This document shows positions 46,272 through 54,741 of a stretch of DNA of 64,000 bases, piece by piece. The stretch spans positions 1 through 64,000 of IMG/VR virus record IMGVR_UViG_3300037087_000772, one strand, 5' to 3'. The notes under the pieces are model-generated. The model was not told where the DNA came from. It made no database searches and saw only the letters and a program-made list of their open reading frames with translations. Within the stretch, counting starts at the first letter, position 1, and every line of letters starts with the position of its first letter. This DNA comes from a virus. Taxonomy: Duplodnaviria > Heunggongvirae > Uroviricota > Caudoviricetes. The position numbers and the translations under genes are program-made.

Positions 46272-46616
46272 ATGCTAATTTCAAAGATTGTTCAGATTGT
46301 AATTACGAAAAGAAATATCGGATTTTTTCGTAAAAAAGGATACGATGCTGAAATGATGGATACCCTTAGTGTATTTGTGGGAGATTTACCCGAAAATAGT
46401 CATTGTGAAGTTGATGTTTCTTGTGATAATTGTAAAAAAATTAGAAAAATGAAATATTTTGAGTATAAAAGATATGGTGATAAATATATGTGTAGACAAT
46501 GTTCGGAAGGTAAAAGGCAAGAAACAAGCATGAAAAATTGGGGGGTTGATAATCCCTCCAAGAGTGATATAATAAAACAAAAGATAAGTGATACCTTAAA
46601 AAAATTAAAATCTTAG
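46272..46616 (+). CDS. small zinc-ribbon protein with NUMOD-like C-terminus (possible homing-endonuclease remnant or DNA-binding protein)
   Basis: 114 aa; CEVDVSCDNCKK…CRQCSEG Cys4. The C-terminal NWGVDNPSKSDIIKQKISDTLKK resembles NUMOD3-type DNA-binding modules of free-standing homing endonucleases. Opposite in orientation to the flanking head genes. Confidence 0.35.
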   Translation: MLISKIVQIVITKRNIGFFRKKGYDAEMMDTLSVFVGDLPENSHCEVDVSCDNCKKIRKMKYFEYKRYGDKYMCRQCSEGKRQETSMKNWGVDNPSKSDIIKQKISDTLKKLKS

Positions 46617-48427
46617 ATAGTGGGTGTTTGTCCACCACCTTGTCCTTGTCCACCGGCCTGACCACCTCCACCCTGAGGTCCACCAGCTGGGCCACCCTGA
46701 GGAACACCACCTTGCGGTGCACCACCCTGAGGACCACCAACACCACCTTGCGGTGCACCACCCTGAGGACCACCAACACCACCTTGAGCACCACCTTCAG
46801 GGGCACCACCTTCAGGAGGCGGAATTTCTCCACCACCACCCGGACCACCACCACCCGGCTCTTCTGGTGGATTTAATCCCTGCTCTAGCATAAATTTCTT
46901 TCGTTCTATCATTTTATATTTCTCATTTTCTTCAATATCTTTATCAGTGAATTTCATGATATTACGGGCTATCCATTCAACACTTAAATATGGTTTATCT
47001 CCCATATCTCTTAAATTACTGGATAGATTGGCTGCTATTGATGCCCTTTTATCTAAGTTGGCTAAATATTTCCATTCTTCAAATAACACATCAGAATTAA
47101 ACATTAACTTCATAGAGTTAAAGAATACAACATCTTTCTTTAATTCTGGAAAATTCAAAATCATTTGAATTCTCAAAGGTTTAGTAATAATTTCTTTAAA
47201 AATGGTTCTAATACGATTGATAAAATTCTTGAACTTAATTTCATCTCTGGTTATCTGAGTAGTTGAGTCATATAATGTACCACCACCACTTTCTTCTTCG
47301 AATCTTTGGAATGGAATTTTACTTGCTCTTTTAAAATTCTTAAAGAACCATTGTAAAGTAACATCTTCTGCTAGATTATTTTGTTCTGGTTTTACTATTT
47401 CGAATGATGGTGTTTGACCAGCACTTGATGGAAACCAGAAATCTTTTGCGTGAGGAATGTTTGTACTTCCATTCATCATAACCAATCCTAAGTGTTCATC
47501 CCATTGAACATCTTCATGGTAATCGGACATTAATTCATAAATCTGTTGTTCGGCTTGTTGACGGGATAAACCATCAACTGGAATTATAAATTTTTTGTAA
47601 AGAGAAGCTTGATTAATATTGTATAATAATTTTGCCTGTTCAATCATTTTTAATTGATTAAAAGGTCTAATAAGGTTTTCAACATAACTTGTATCACCAT
47701 ATTCATTATTATTAGAATATGATATGTATACAATTTGTGAATCCAATAATACTCTACGAAGTTGAGGATTATCTGGGTATTGAATCCAGATCATTGTATT
47801 GGATACTGGATCTGTAGCCACAATTAATGTTATTGGATCAAGTGGGGCCAAATCTATGATATTTTTTTGACGATCATCATAAATGATTTCATAAGCGATA
47901 TAACCATCAATCAATAAACTTTTAAGATAATTCCAAGCAACGACACCATCAATAAAATTGAATTCGTTCATTAATCTATCAAACACTTCTTGATATTTTT
48001 GTCTTGTTGTTTGGTCGTAACTATCTGGTAAATCCTTTATATAACAAAATTTGTTATTGTCATCATATATAATACACTCATCACATATTTGAATGATGAA
48101 GTCCTTTATTTCATCTTTGATTGAATATTGTCTTAGAATTTTTCTTTTATCTAAATATGTTCTATCTAAATAGGCTATTGATTTCTTATCGAGAAAACGA
48201 GCAATCGTTTTTTTAGTAAATAAATCATACATATTTGTACTCTGGGGATGGTATAAAACATCACTCGTTTCTTCATGAACACCCAAGGCATAAGCATTTT
48301 TGATCTTCATATCATTATAATCAAGACCACCAAAAACATTAGATAATCCTCTTAAAACTCTGTTGAAAATTGTCGGGTTTTGTTGGGCTGACTGTTGACT
48401 TGAATAATCACCTCTATAACTTGCCAC
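46613..48427 (-). CDS. portal vertex protein, T4 gp20-like, with Gly/Pro/Gln-rich C-terminal extension
   Basis: 604 aa; YDSTTQITRDEIKFKNFINRIRTIFKEIITKPLRIQMILNFPEL closely parallels T4 gp20 [38 protein letters not shown]. The C-terminal ~90 aa is GC-rich tandem-repeat-encoded low complexity (GGVGGPQGGAPQGG…). Confidence 0.75.
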   Translation of the reverse strand: MASYRGDYSSQQSAQQNPTIFNRVLRGLSNVFGGLDYNDMKIKNAYALGVHEETSDVLYHPQSTNMYDLFTKKTIARFLDKKSIAYLDRTYLDKRKILRQYSIKDEIKDFIIQICDECIIYDDNNKFCYIKDLPDSYDQTTRQKYQEVFDRLMNEFNFIDGVVAWNYLKSLLIDGYIAYEIIYDDRQKNIIDLAPLDPITLIVATDPVSNTMIWIQYPDNPQLRRVLLDSQIVYISYSNNNEYGDTSYVENLIRPFNQLKMIEQAKLLYNINQASLYKKFIIPVDGLSRQQAEQQIYELMSDYHEDVQWDEHLGLVMMNGSTNIPHAKDFWFPSSAGQTPSFEIVKPEQNNLAEDVTLQWFFKNFKRASKIPFQRFEEESGGGTLYDSTTQITRDEIKFKNFINRIRTIFKEIITKPLRIQMILNFPELKKDVVFFNSMKLMFNSDVLFEEWKYLANLDKRASIAANLSSNLRDMGDKPYLSVEWIARNIMKFTDKDIEENEKYKMIERKKFMLEQGLNPPEEPGGGGPGGGGEIPPPEGGAPEGGAQGGVGGPQGGAPQGGVGGPQGGAPQGGVPQGGPAGGPQGGGGQAGGQGQGGGQTPTI

Positions 48428-48500
48428 AAATTGAAATTATTTTTTATTTCAGTTATCCACTGAATATAACCTATATATTATTTTATATTAATCAAAAAGT

Positions 48501-49316
48501 TTAATCTTTAAAGAGTTCGAAATGAGTTTCGAGCTGTCTAAGTTTTTTTAATAAATCTTTTTCATCACTGTCTAAATCACCTAATATTTTATCAAATGAT
48601 TCTAATATTGCCTTAATTTTATCTTTTTCAATATCTATTTGAGAACTTTTATATGTTTCTATAATGTTTTTTCTATTTAACAATTTACAATCAATAAACA
48701 TCATCCTCTGAGCAATCGTACTTGATATGGCATATAAATCTGGACTTCCTGATGAAAATTTATTTATTTTATCTGGATCATAAGCCGTCAAAGAATATTC
48801 ATATCCCCCATTCATCTTTAAAAGATTATATACAGCGTAAGATTCAGATCTCAATGGAACTTCATTTAGAACATTTTCCCCTTTTAAATGTATATTTTTA
48901 TTTTTATCTATTCTATCACTATTAGCTTTAAATATTCTATCAAAGACGGCTATTCTGTATTTATATGGCAAATAATCAAGATTAAGAGCATACATAATCA
49001 TTTTTTTATTTTTTCCATATCTCTGAACTATTTTTTCCGATTCTCTGAAACCTAATACATAAATAGGACACCATATTTTCAAAGAAGGTACATATTTTTT
49101 ATCGATATATTTTTCCTCATAAAATTTATCACTTATGTATTCGTATTTTATCAGGTAAAATTTACCCGGTAATAATTTAGATGGTTTGGCAACCATAACC
49201 TCTTTGTTATTGTTGTTAATCAAATCAAAAATGATATGAGTAGATTCATAAACACAAGTTTTCAAATTCTTGTTATATTCTCCCAATAAAGCGTAACATT
49301 CTTCAAGAAATGTCAT
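48501..49316 (-). CDS. hypothetical protein
   Basis: 271-aa ORF. Confidence 0.45.
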   Translation of the reverse strand: MTFLEECYALLGEYNKNLKTCVYESTHIIFDLINNNNKEVMVAKPSKLLPGKFYLIKYEYISDKFYEEKYIDKKYVPSLKIWCPIYVLGFRESEKIVQRYGKNKKMIMYALNLDYLPYKYRIAVFDRIFKANSDRIDKNKNIHLKGENVLNEVPLRSESYAVYNLLKMNGGYEYSLTAYDPDKINKFSSGSPDLYAISSTIAQRMMFIDCKLLNRKNIIETYKSSQIDIEKDKIKAILESFDKILGDLDSDEKDLLKKLRQLETHFELFKD

Positions 49317-49319
49317 AAA

Positions 49320-49838
49320 TTAAAATAATTTTACTTTTGGATTGTCTTTATCTTCAAAAAACTTAGGTGTTATTATATAAAATTCAATCCCTTTTTTTTC
49401 ACAAAATTTCTTAGCAGCTGACCACTTGATAATATTTTTCTGAAATGTTCTCAAAGCATATTCGTAATTCTTCAAGGATTTTGCTGTTTTTGTCTTAGGT
49501 TCTTTTGGTGGTTCAAAATTTCTATATTCACTCCAAGGTTTTATTTCTAAAACAACTATACGAGTACTACCATCACTCTTTTTAAATTCACAATAAGCGT
49601 CAGGATAATAACGATGTGTACTCCAATTTCCATGTTCATTAACTTCATATGGAATTGTTAATCCCTCAGCTGACCACTTTAAAACTCTATTATTGTTGTC
49701 TAAATAGTAATAGAGTTTCCTTTCCCAAGATGATCTAAAATAAATTCTTTCAAGATCTCCCAAATATTTATCTGGGTTCATACAAACATAAAGACCCTGA
49801 TGGTATTTTTTATTATTAGGTGGATGACTATTTCCCAT
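49320..49838 (-). CDS. hypothetical protein
   Basis: 172-aa ORF; promoter motif at 49855..49864, 16 nt upstream. Confidence 0.45.
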   Translation of the reverse strand: MGNSHPPNNKKYHQGLYVCMNPDKYLGDLERIYFRSSWERKLYYYLDNNNRVLKWSAEGLTIPYEVNEHGNWSTHRYYPDAYCEFKKSDGSTRIVVLEIKPWSEYRNFEPPKEPKTKTAKSLKNYEYALRTFQKNIIKWSAAKKFCEKKGIEFYIITPKFFEDKDNPKVKLF

Positions 49839-49853
49839 AAACTATTTTTATTT

Positions 49854-50234
49854 TTATATATTAAAAAATCCCTCACCATCATTACAAGAGTCCAAACTTA
49901 TTGTGGGAATCCCCTCTTGATTTGATTTTTTATTCAATAATTTATTATACCCATCCGCTGCCCCTCTTTTAAAAATTTCAGTGAAATAGGGCATTGCTAC
50001 TTTAAATTTTTTATCATTGAAACTATTCCAATTTAAATACATGAATAATAATCCAGATTGTAAACAATCTTTTTTATCATCCTCAGTTTTGTAACGGTGT
50101 TTTAATTTTACAATAGTGTTATCACCAATTAATTTAATCATTATTTCAGCTTTTTTAGTTAAAAATCCCTTTCCTTTTGATAATACTATTTGATAATAAA
50201 AATCATCTTCATCGAGATATCCTTTTTTTGACAT
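49854..50234 (-). CDS. hypothetical protein
   Basis: 126-aa ORF. Confidence 0.4.
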   Translation of the reverse strand: MSKKGYLDEDDFYYQIVLSKGKGFLTKKAEIMIKLIGDNTIVKLKHRYKTEDDKKDCLQSGLLFMYLNWNSFNDKKFKVAMPYFTEIFKRGAADGYNKLLNKKSNQEGIPTISLDSCNDGEGFFNI

Positions 50235-50433
50235 ACATTAGTTCTTGCTTTTTTTGATCTTATAGTGAAATACCATAAAAATCAAGGAAGATAAAAGAAT
50301 CTGAATAGGAGTAGGAAGGATTAAAAAGGAATATAAATTTATCGGTCAATTTTCAAACTTTTCTTATTTTTCGACATATATTATAATATATATGTCATTT
50401 TATAAATTTTGTTTAATTTATTTTCAATGAAAA

Positions 50434-50472
50434 ACCACCGACAGAAAAATCCATCGGTGGTCTTTTGTTTTT
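50434..50472. terminator. rho-independent terminator (hairpin ACCACCGA…TCGGTGGT plus T-rich tail)
   Basis: aaaaACCACCGACagaaaaatccaTCGGTGGTcttttgttttt, downstream of gene 50485..51774(-) in a 250-nt non-coding gap. Confidence 0.55.
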
Positions 50473-50484
50473 AAGAACTAAAAA

Positions 50485-51774
50485 TTAACGGACTAAGGAT
50501 TTCTTAAACTGTGTTTTTTCGTCTTTAATCTTATTGAGTTCCTGATAAAGTCCCTCTCTCATTCTCAATAAATTATCGAATAAAAGTTTCAAACTCTTAT
50601 CTGATTCCAATAATGCTTTCTCATATTTTAATTCATCAATAGCGTTGGAATTGTCTATAATCTGGGCTTCAATGACTTTTTCTTTATCTTCTAAAGTTTT
50701 AATTTTCTTCATTTCCTTTGAAAGTTTATTTTCGAAGAAATGTGTAACATCAAAATCTAATTCTTTACGAATTTCATTGATAAGTTCTGAAACTGATTCA
50801 AATTGATAGAATGCACTTCCTGTTCTTGCGTCTTTTGAATATAGATACATATTGTCTTTATAATTGAATACAAAACATTCCAATGTCGGTTGTAACATAT
50901 TATAAACCTTTAAAGCTATATCCAATTCAATTATATTTGAAATGTTTTCTTTAACAGCGTTTACCATAAGGAAGTAATCTTTCTTTAAGTAAGGAATAAT
51001 TGGAGAAGCAAAAATACTTTCAAGAGTTGTTTCTGGATCTAATTTTTCTTCATTAACATATAAAGATTTATCATTTTTTGTTGAAATTCCTACTACAATA
51101 TTTTCATCAACCTTGATATTGAATCTATCTTTTTCAACTTCACCTAAGGTAAGAGCTTGCTCTAAAATTCTTAATTGTCTAACTCTATCTTCATCTTTTA
51201 CATAATCTTCAACTAAAACTTGTCTAATTCCTTTGTCATCAATCATAAACCATCTATCTGCTATAAAGGCCATATAACCATTTTCAACTTTTTCTATTAA
51301 AGTGAATATTTTTTCACCTTTACCAGAATTTGACATATTTTGGACATCCAAAGGATTTTTTGTTAAATTCCATACAAATTTCTTTATTTCTGGCACCCAA
51401 TCATAAAGTTTTAATTCATGTAAAATTTGTTCCATTCTGGTACTGTCATCTGGTAATTGGATGATTTCCAATATAACATTTAACGGATGACGATATAATT
51501 CACCACCATTGGTTCTTTCAACTCTCTTATAAAGGTCTTTTAATTCGTAAATAAGGTTAAAAGATTGAATTTCACCATCAACTGTTTCCAATAATGACTT
51601 CACATCTGTATCATATGTATAAGGCATTAACCTCTCTTTTAAACCTTTTTGAATTTCTTTTTCTGAGAAATCATTAAAATTCAAAAGAAAAGATTCGATG
51701 ATATTTGAAATTTCTTCTTGTTCGAATACCAACTTTTGTTTAAATTCGAATAATTCCATTTTTAAATTTTTCAT
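50485..51774 (-). CDS. hypothetical protein
   Basis: 429-aa ORF. Confidence 0.45.
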   Translation of the reverse strand: MKNLKMELFEFKQKLVFEQEEISNIIESFLLNFNDFSEKEIQKGLKERLMPYTYDTDVKSLLETVDGEIQSFNLIYELKDLYKRVERTNGGELYRHPLNVILEIIQLPDDSTRMEQILHELKLYDWVPEIKKFVWNLTKNPLDVQNMSNSGKGEKIFTLIEKVENGYMAFIADRWFMIDDKGIRQVLVEDYVKDEDRVRQLRILEQALTLGEVEKDRFNIKVDENIVVGISTKNDKSLYVNEEKLDPETTLESIFASPIIPYLKKDYFLMVNAVKENISNIIELDIALKVYNMLQPTLECFVFNYKDNMYLYSKDARTGSAFYQFESVSELINEIRKELDFDVTHFFENKLSKEMKKIKTLEDKEKVIEAQIIDNSNAIDELKYEKALLESDKSLKLLFDNLLRMREGLYQELNKIKDEKTQFKKSLVR

Positions 51775-51940
51775 ATTCTTTATTGTTATTTTTTAGCAAT
51801 CTTTTACATTTTGAAAAAATTGAATACAATTCAAACTTATATATTAAGTCTCACAGCTCATTTTTTTCCAAATATTTTTTATTTGAAAAAAATTATCGTA
51901 ATATTGCATTAATATATAAGGGAAAAGAAACACTTTCCCA

Positions 51941-52276
51941 ATGAAGTATCTTAAATCTTTTCTTCAACTAACAGAAAACATGGAAATCGAACCTCATAAA
52001 GTAACTAATTTATCAGTTGAACAACAAATGTTGTTAAATATTAATAGGTATAATGTAGAAGAAGTCGCTGAACGATATACGAGAAAGCAATTAGCAAAAA
52101 CTATTGTCTACACAACTTGTTATTCTGAATCTTTAATGAAGCAATATAAGGAATTTAAAACAAAAGAAGATATGGTTCTTTATATTATTGAATGGCTTGA
52201 TGAATGTTTTGAAGATTTAGGATATGTTGAAGATTTAATTGAAACGATTGATAATTGTAATAACGGTACATATTAA
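51941..52276 (+). CDS. hypothetical protein
   Basis: 111-aa ORF; promoter motif TTAATATATAAG 21 nt upstream. Confidence 0.45.
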   Translation: MKYLKSFLQLTENMEIEPHKVTNLSVEQQMLLNINRYNVEEVAERYTRKQLAKTIVYTTCYSESLMKQYKEFKTKEDMVLYIIEWLDECFEDLGYVEDLIETIDNCNNGTY

Positions 52277-52560
52277 TTATCTTCTTCCATATAATCTTCT
52301 ATTTCAGGGAAACTTATTTCCTGAACATAATCATATACATTTCGAAGCTGTTCCAGAATATCATCTATTACATCTTCTCTGTCAAATATTTCGTTTTCTA
52401 AATCATATGGAACTGATCCACTTATAGCTTCAACATGCCAATTTGAATTTTTATAAATACGAATAACAAATTTATCAACAATATCATCTTCCTCTTCATG
52501 AAGTTTATCTTTTTCTTCATGTTCTTCAATGAAAACATAATAGATCTCGTCTTTATACAT
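52273..52560 (-). CDS. acidic hypothetical protein
   Basis: 95-aa ORF. Confidence 0.35.
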   Translation of the reverse strand: MYKDEIYYVFIEEHEEKDKLHEEEDDIVDKFVIRIYKNSNWHVEAISGSVPYDLENEIFDREDVIDDILEQLRNVYDYVQEISFPEIEDYMEEDN

Positions 52561-52618
52561 ACACAGTTTCTTTTTTTAAACCATATATATTTAAAAATTC
52601 AGTCCAAAATTGATAATT

Positions 52619-52876
52619 CTATTTTATTTTTAATACAGGTGGAATATAACTCAATATAACTACTGTTGATATTCCTGTTTCGTTGACTTGCGGTTTAATA
52701 CTATATTCGTTGAATTTGTAGTTCATCCAACCATTACACTTCAAATAATTCAAAAGATTTCTAATGTTTAAATTTTCTGGTATATCAGATAGTTGAATTT
52801 TCATACGTTTTCCAAAGGGATCATCATCAATAATGATCGAACCGAAGTCTTTAAACCTCGATGAAGGACTACTCAT
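52619..52876 (-). CDS. hypothetical protein
   Basis: 85-aa ORF. Confidence 0.35.
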   Translation of the reverse strand: MSSPSSRFKDFGSIIIDDDPFGKRMKIQLSDIPENLNIRNLLNYLKCNGWMNYKFNEYSIKPQVNETGISTVVILSYIPPVLKIK

Positions 52877-52960
52877 AAATTAATCATTTTTTTAGGATTT
52901 ACACAAAAATGTGTGTATAAGATATTTTCTTTATATATTAAATTTCAAATATTGTTTATT

Positions 52961-54724
52961 TTAATCTGGTGGAGGTGGTGCTTGTCCAGTAGTGAAATTT
53001 TTAATCACACCATAAGAAAAACCGAATATATTTTGTGCATAAGCTACATAATAATATTTAGTACCAGACAATAATCCACTAATAGTTCCACTAAAATTAA
53101 GTGGGGCATTTCCAGTTCCACAACTCTTAACTGTTCCAGTGTAAACACCAAAAGAAGTAAGAGAATATTTCATTCCTAAATCTATTATAGATCCACCACC
53201 ATTTGAAATTAAAGATCCAGTTAAAACAGCTGATGATGAAGTAACACTTGTAGAACCGATAGTTGCAACAGTTGGAGCAGGTGATGAGGAAGTTGTTATA
53301 GTTAATATAGATCCATAACCTGTACCCAATGAATTAGTGGCAAAGGCTCTAACATAATAGATTGTCAATTGATTTAATCCCATCATAGTATCTGTATAAG
53401 ATCCTATTCCTGTACTACCATCATAAACAACCGTATTATTCAATGTCGGGTTGTTCGTTGTAGAATAACAAATTCCACGAACAGTTGCCAATCCACCATC
53501 ACTTGTCACATTACAAGAGACTGTACAAGAATTATATCCCGGAGTTCCAGTTGATACAGTAGTGACACTTGGAATTGAATAAGTTGGGGGTGGAGGTGGA
53601 GGTGGTAATGGTTGTGGAACAACATTCTGTTGTAAATCCGTTGTAAAAGTTCCCTGAAATTCACTGATTAAAAAACCATTTTCAAAAATCCCATTTAACC
53701 ACATTCCAGAAAAAAACATTCCAGATTTAAAAATTCCATTCATCCATAATCCGTCATACCAAAGTCCATTTTTCCAAATTGTTAATGAAGTAAAGGCATC
53801 TTCTGCACTTGTATTGAATACCCCACCATACCATTTTCCATAATTGAATAATCCTTTTTCGAAATGACCACCGAACCAAAATCCATTGTTAAATGTTCCG
53901 TCTTTCCAATGAGTAACATTATGATCAACACTAGCTATAGTATTTCCACTACTATCAATATTAAGTCCAGACATAAATTGTCCATTTTCAAAAACACCAT
54001 TATACCAAGTTGTTAGTGTTGTTGTTCCACTTTCAGTTCCAAATCTTGCTAATATATTAGTTTTTATTTGATTGAATGTTCCTGTTTTCCAAATACCTTT
54101 AAGAAAATCTCCACCGAAAAATCCACCACTCCACCATTCATAATTATCAAAATAACCATTATAAAACTTCCCGTTAACCCAATATGAATTTTTAACCGTA
54201 CCATTATTGAATACACCGTTCATCCAGACTGAATTTTTGAATAATCCATTATAGTAATTTCCATTATACCAATATGGACAATCAAGGGCCCCCGTTGTAA
54301 CCTGTGTAGATGTCATTCCAGAAACATTATTATCATTCCCAAAGATACCATTATGCCATTCACCGTTTAACCATTTACCGTTCAAAAACTGAGAATACAT
54401 TTTATCTTCTTCAACAATCACAAATCTTTTTGTTAATATCATTGATTTATCCAATAAATAAGAAAACCAACGACCTTTTTTCCAAATTCCATCATGCCAA
54501 ATTCCAGAATACCATGTACCATCTTCCCATTCTCCACAAATCCATTCTCCCATGTACCATACTAAACCATAATCATCCAAACCTAAAACAGCATTTCGGA
54601 TGGAGGCATTTAATATCCAATTATATCTAACCTTTAATATTTCTATGGTTAAATCATCAGTCAATAAGATATTATTAACATTGTTTTCTATATTTACTAT
54701 TTGAACTTTAAAAGCCATTCCCAA
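52961..54724 (-). CDS. putative tail fibre/structural protein with Gly/Trp/Asn/Phe-rich beta-repeat core, poly-Pro linker and Ser/Thr-rich Ig-like C-terminal region
   Basis: 587 aa; repeated (W/F)xNGx(F/W) units (GIWHDGIWKKGRWF, NGLFKNSVWMNGVFNNGTVKNSYWVNGKFYNGYF…); PQPLPPPPPPPTYSIP; Ser/Thr/Gly-rich C-terminal domains. Confidence 0.45.
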   Translation of the reverse strand: MGMAFKVQIVNIENNVNNILLTDDLTIEILKVRYNWILNASIRNAVLGLDDYGLVWYMGEWICGEWEDGTWYSGIWHDGIWKKGRWFSYLLDKSMILTKRFVIVEEDKMYSQFLNGKWLNGEWHNGIFGNDNNVSGMTSTQVTTGALDCPYWYNGNYYNGLFKNSVWMNGVFNNGTVKNSYWVNGKFYNGYFDNYEWWSGGFFGGDFLKGIWKTGTFNQIKTNILARFGTESGTTTLTTWYNGVFENGQFMSGLNIDSSGNTIASVDHNVTHWKDGTFNNGFWFGGHFEKGLFNYGKWYGGVFNTSAEDAFTSLTIWKNGLWYDGLWMNGIFKSGMFFSGMWLNGIFENGFLISEFQGTFTTDLQQNVVPQPLPPPPPPPTYSIPSVTTVSTGTPGYNSCTVSCNVTSDGGLATVRGICYSTTNNPTLNNTVVYDGSTGIGSYTDTMMGLNQLTIYYVRAFATNSLGTGYGSILTITTSSSPAPTVATIGSTSVTSSSAVLTGSLISNGGGSIIDLGMKYSLTSFGVYTGTVKSCGTGNAPLNFSGTISGLLSGTKYYYVAYAQNIFGFSYGVIKNFTTGQAPPPPD

Positions 54725-54741
54725 TTTTTATTTTTATAAAG

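Noticed and set aside
46624-46893. His-rich 89-aa and Thr-rich 82-aa plus-strand ORFs.
   Set aside because: They are antisense to the GC-rich Gly/Pro/Gln repeat at the portal C-terminus and are an artefact of the coding tandem repeat.
44840-46900. CRISPR array possibility, given regularly spaced direct repeats.
   Set aside because: The repeats are in-frame coding tandem repeats (scaffold 14-aa units; portal Gly/Pro units) with no repeat–spacer architecture and no cas genes. No CRISPR array is present.
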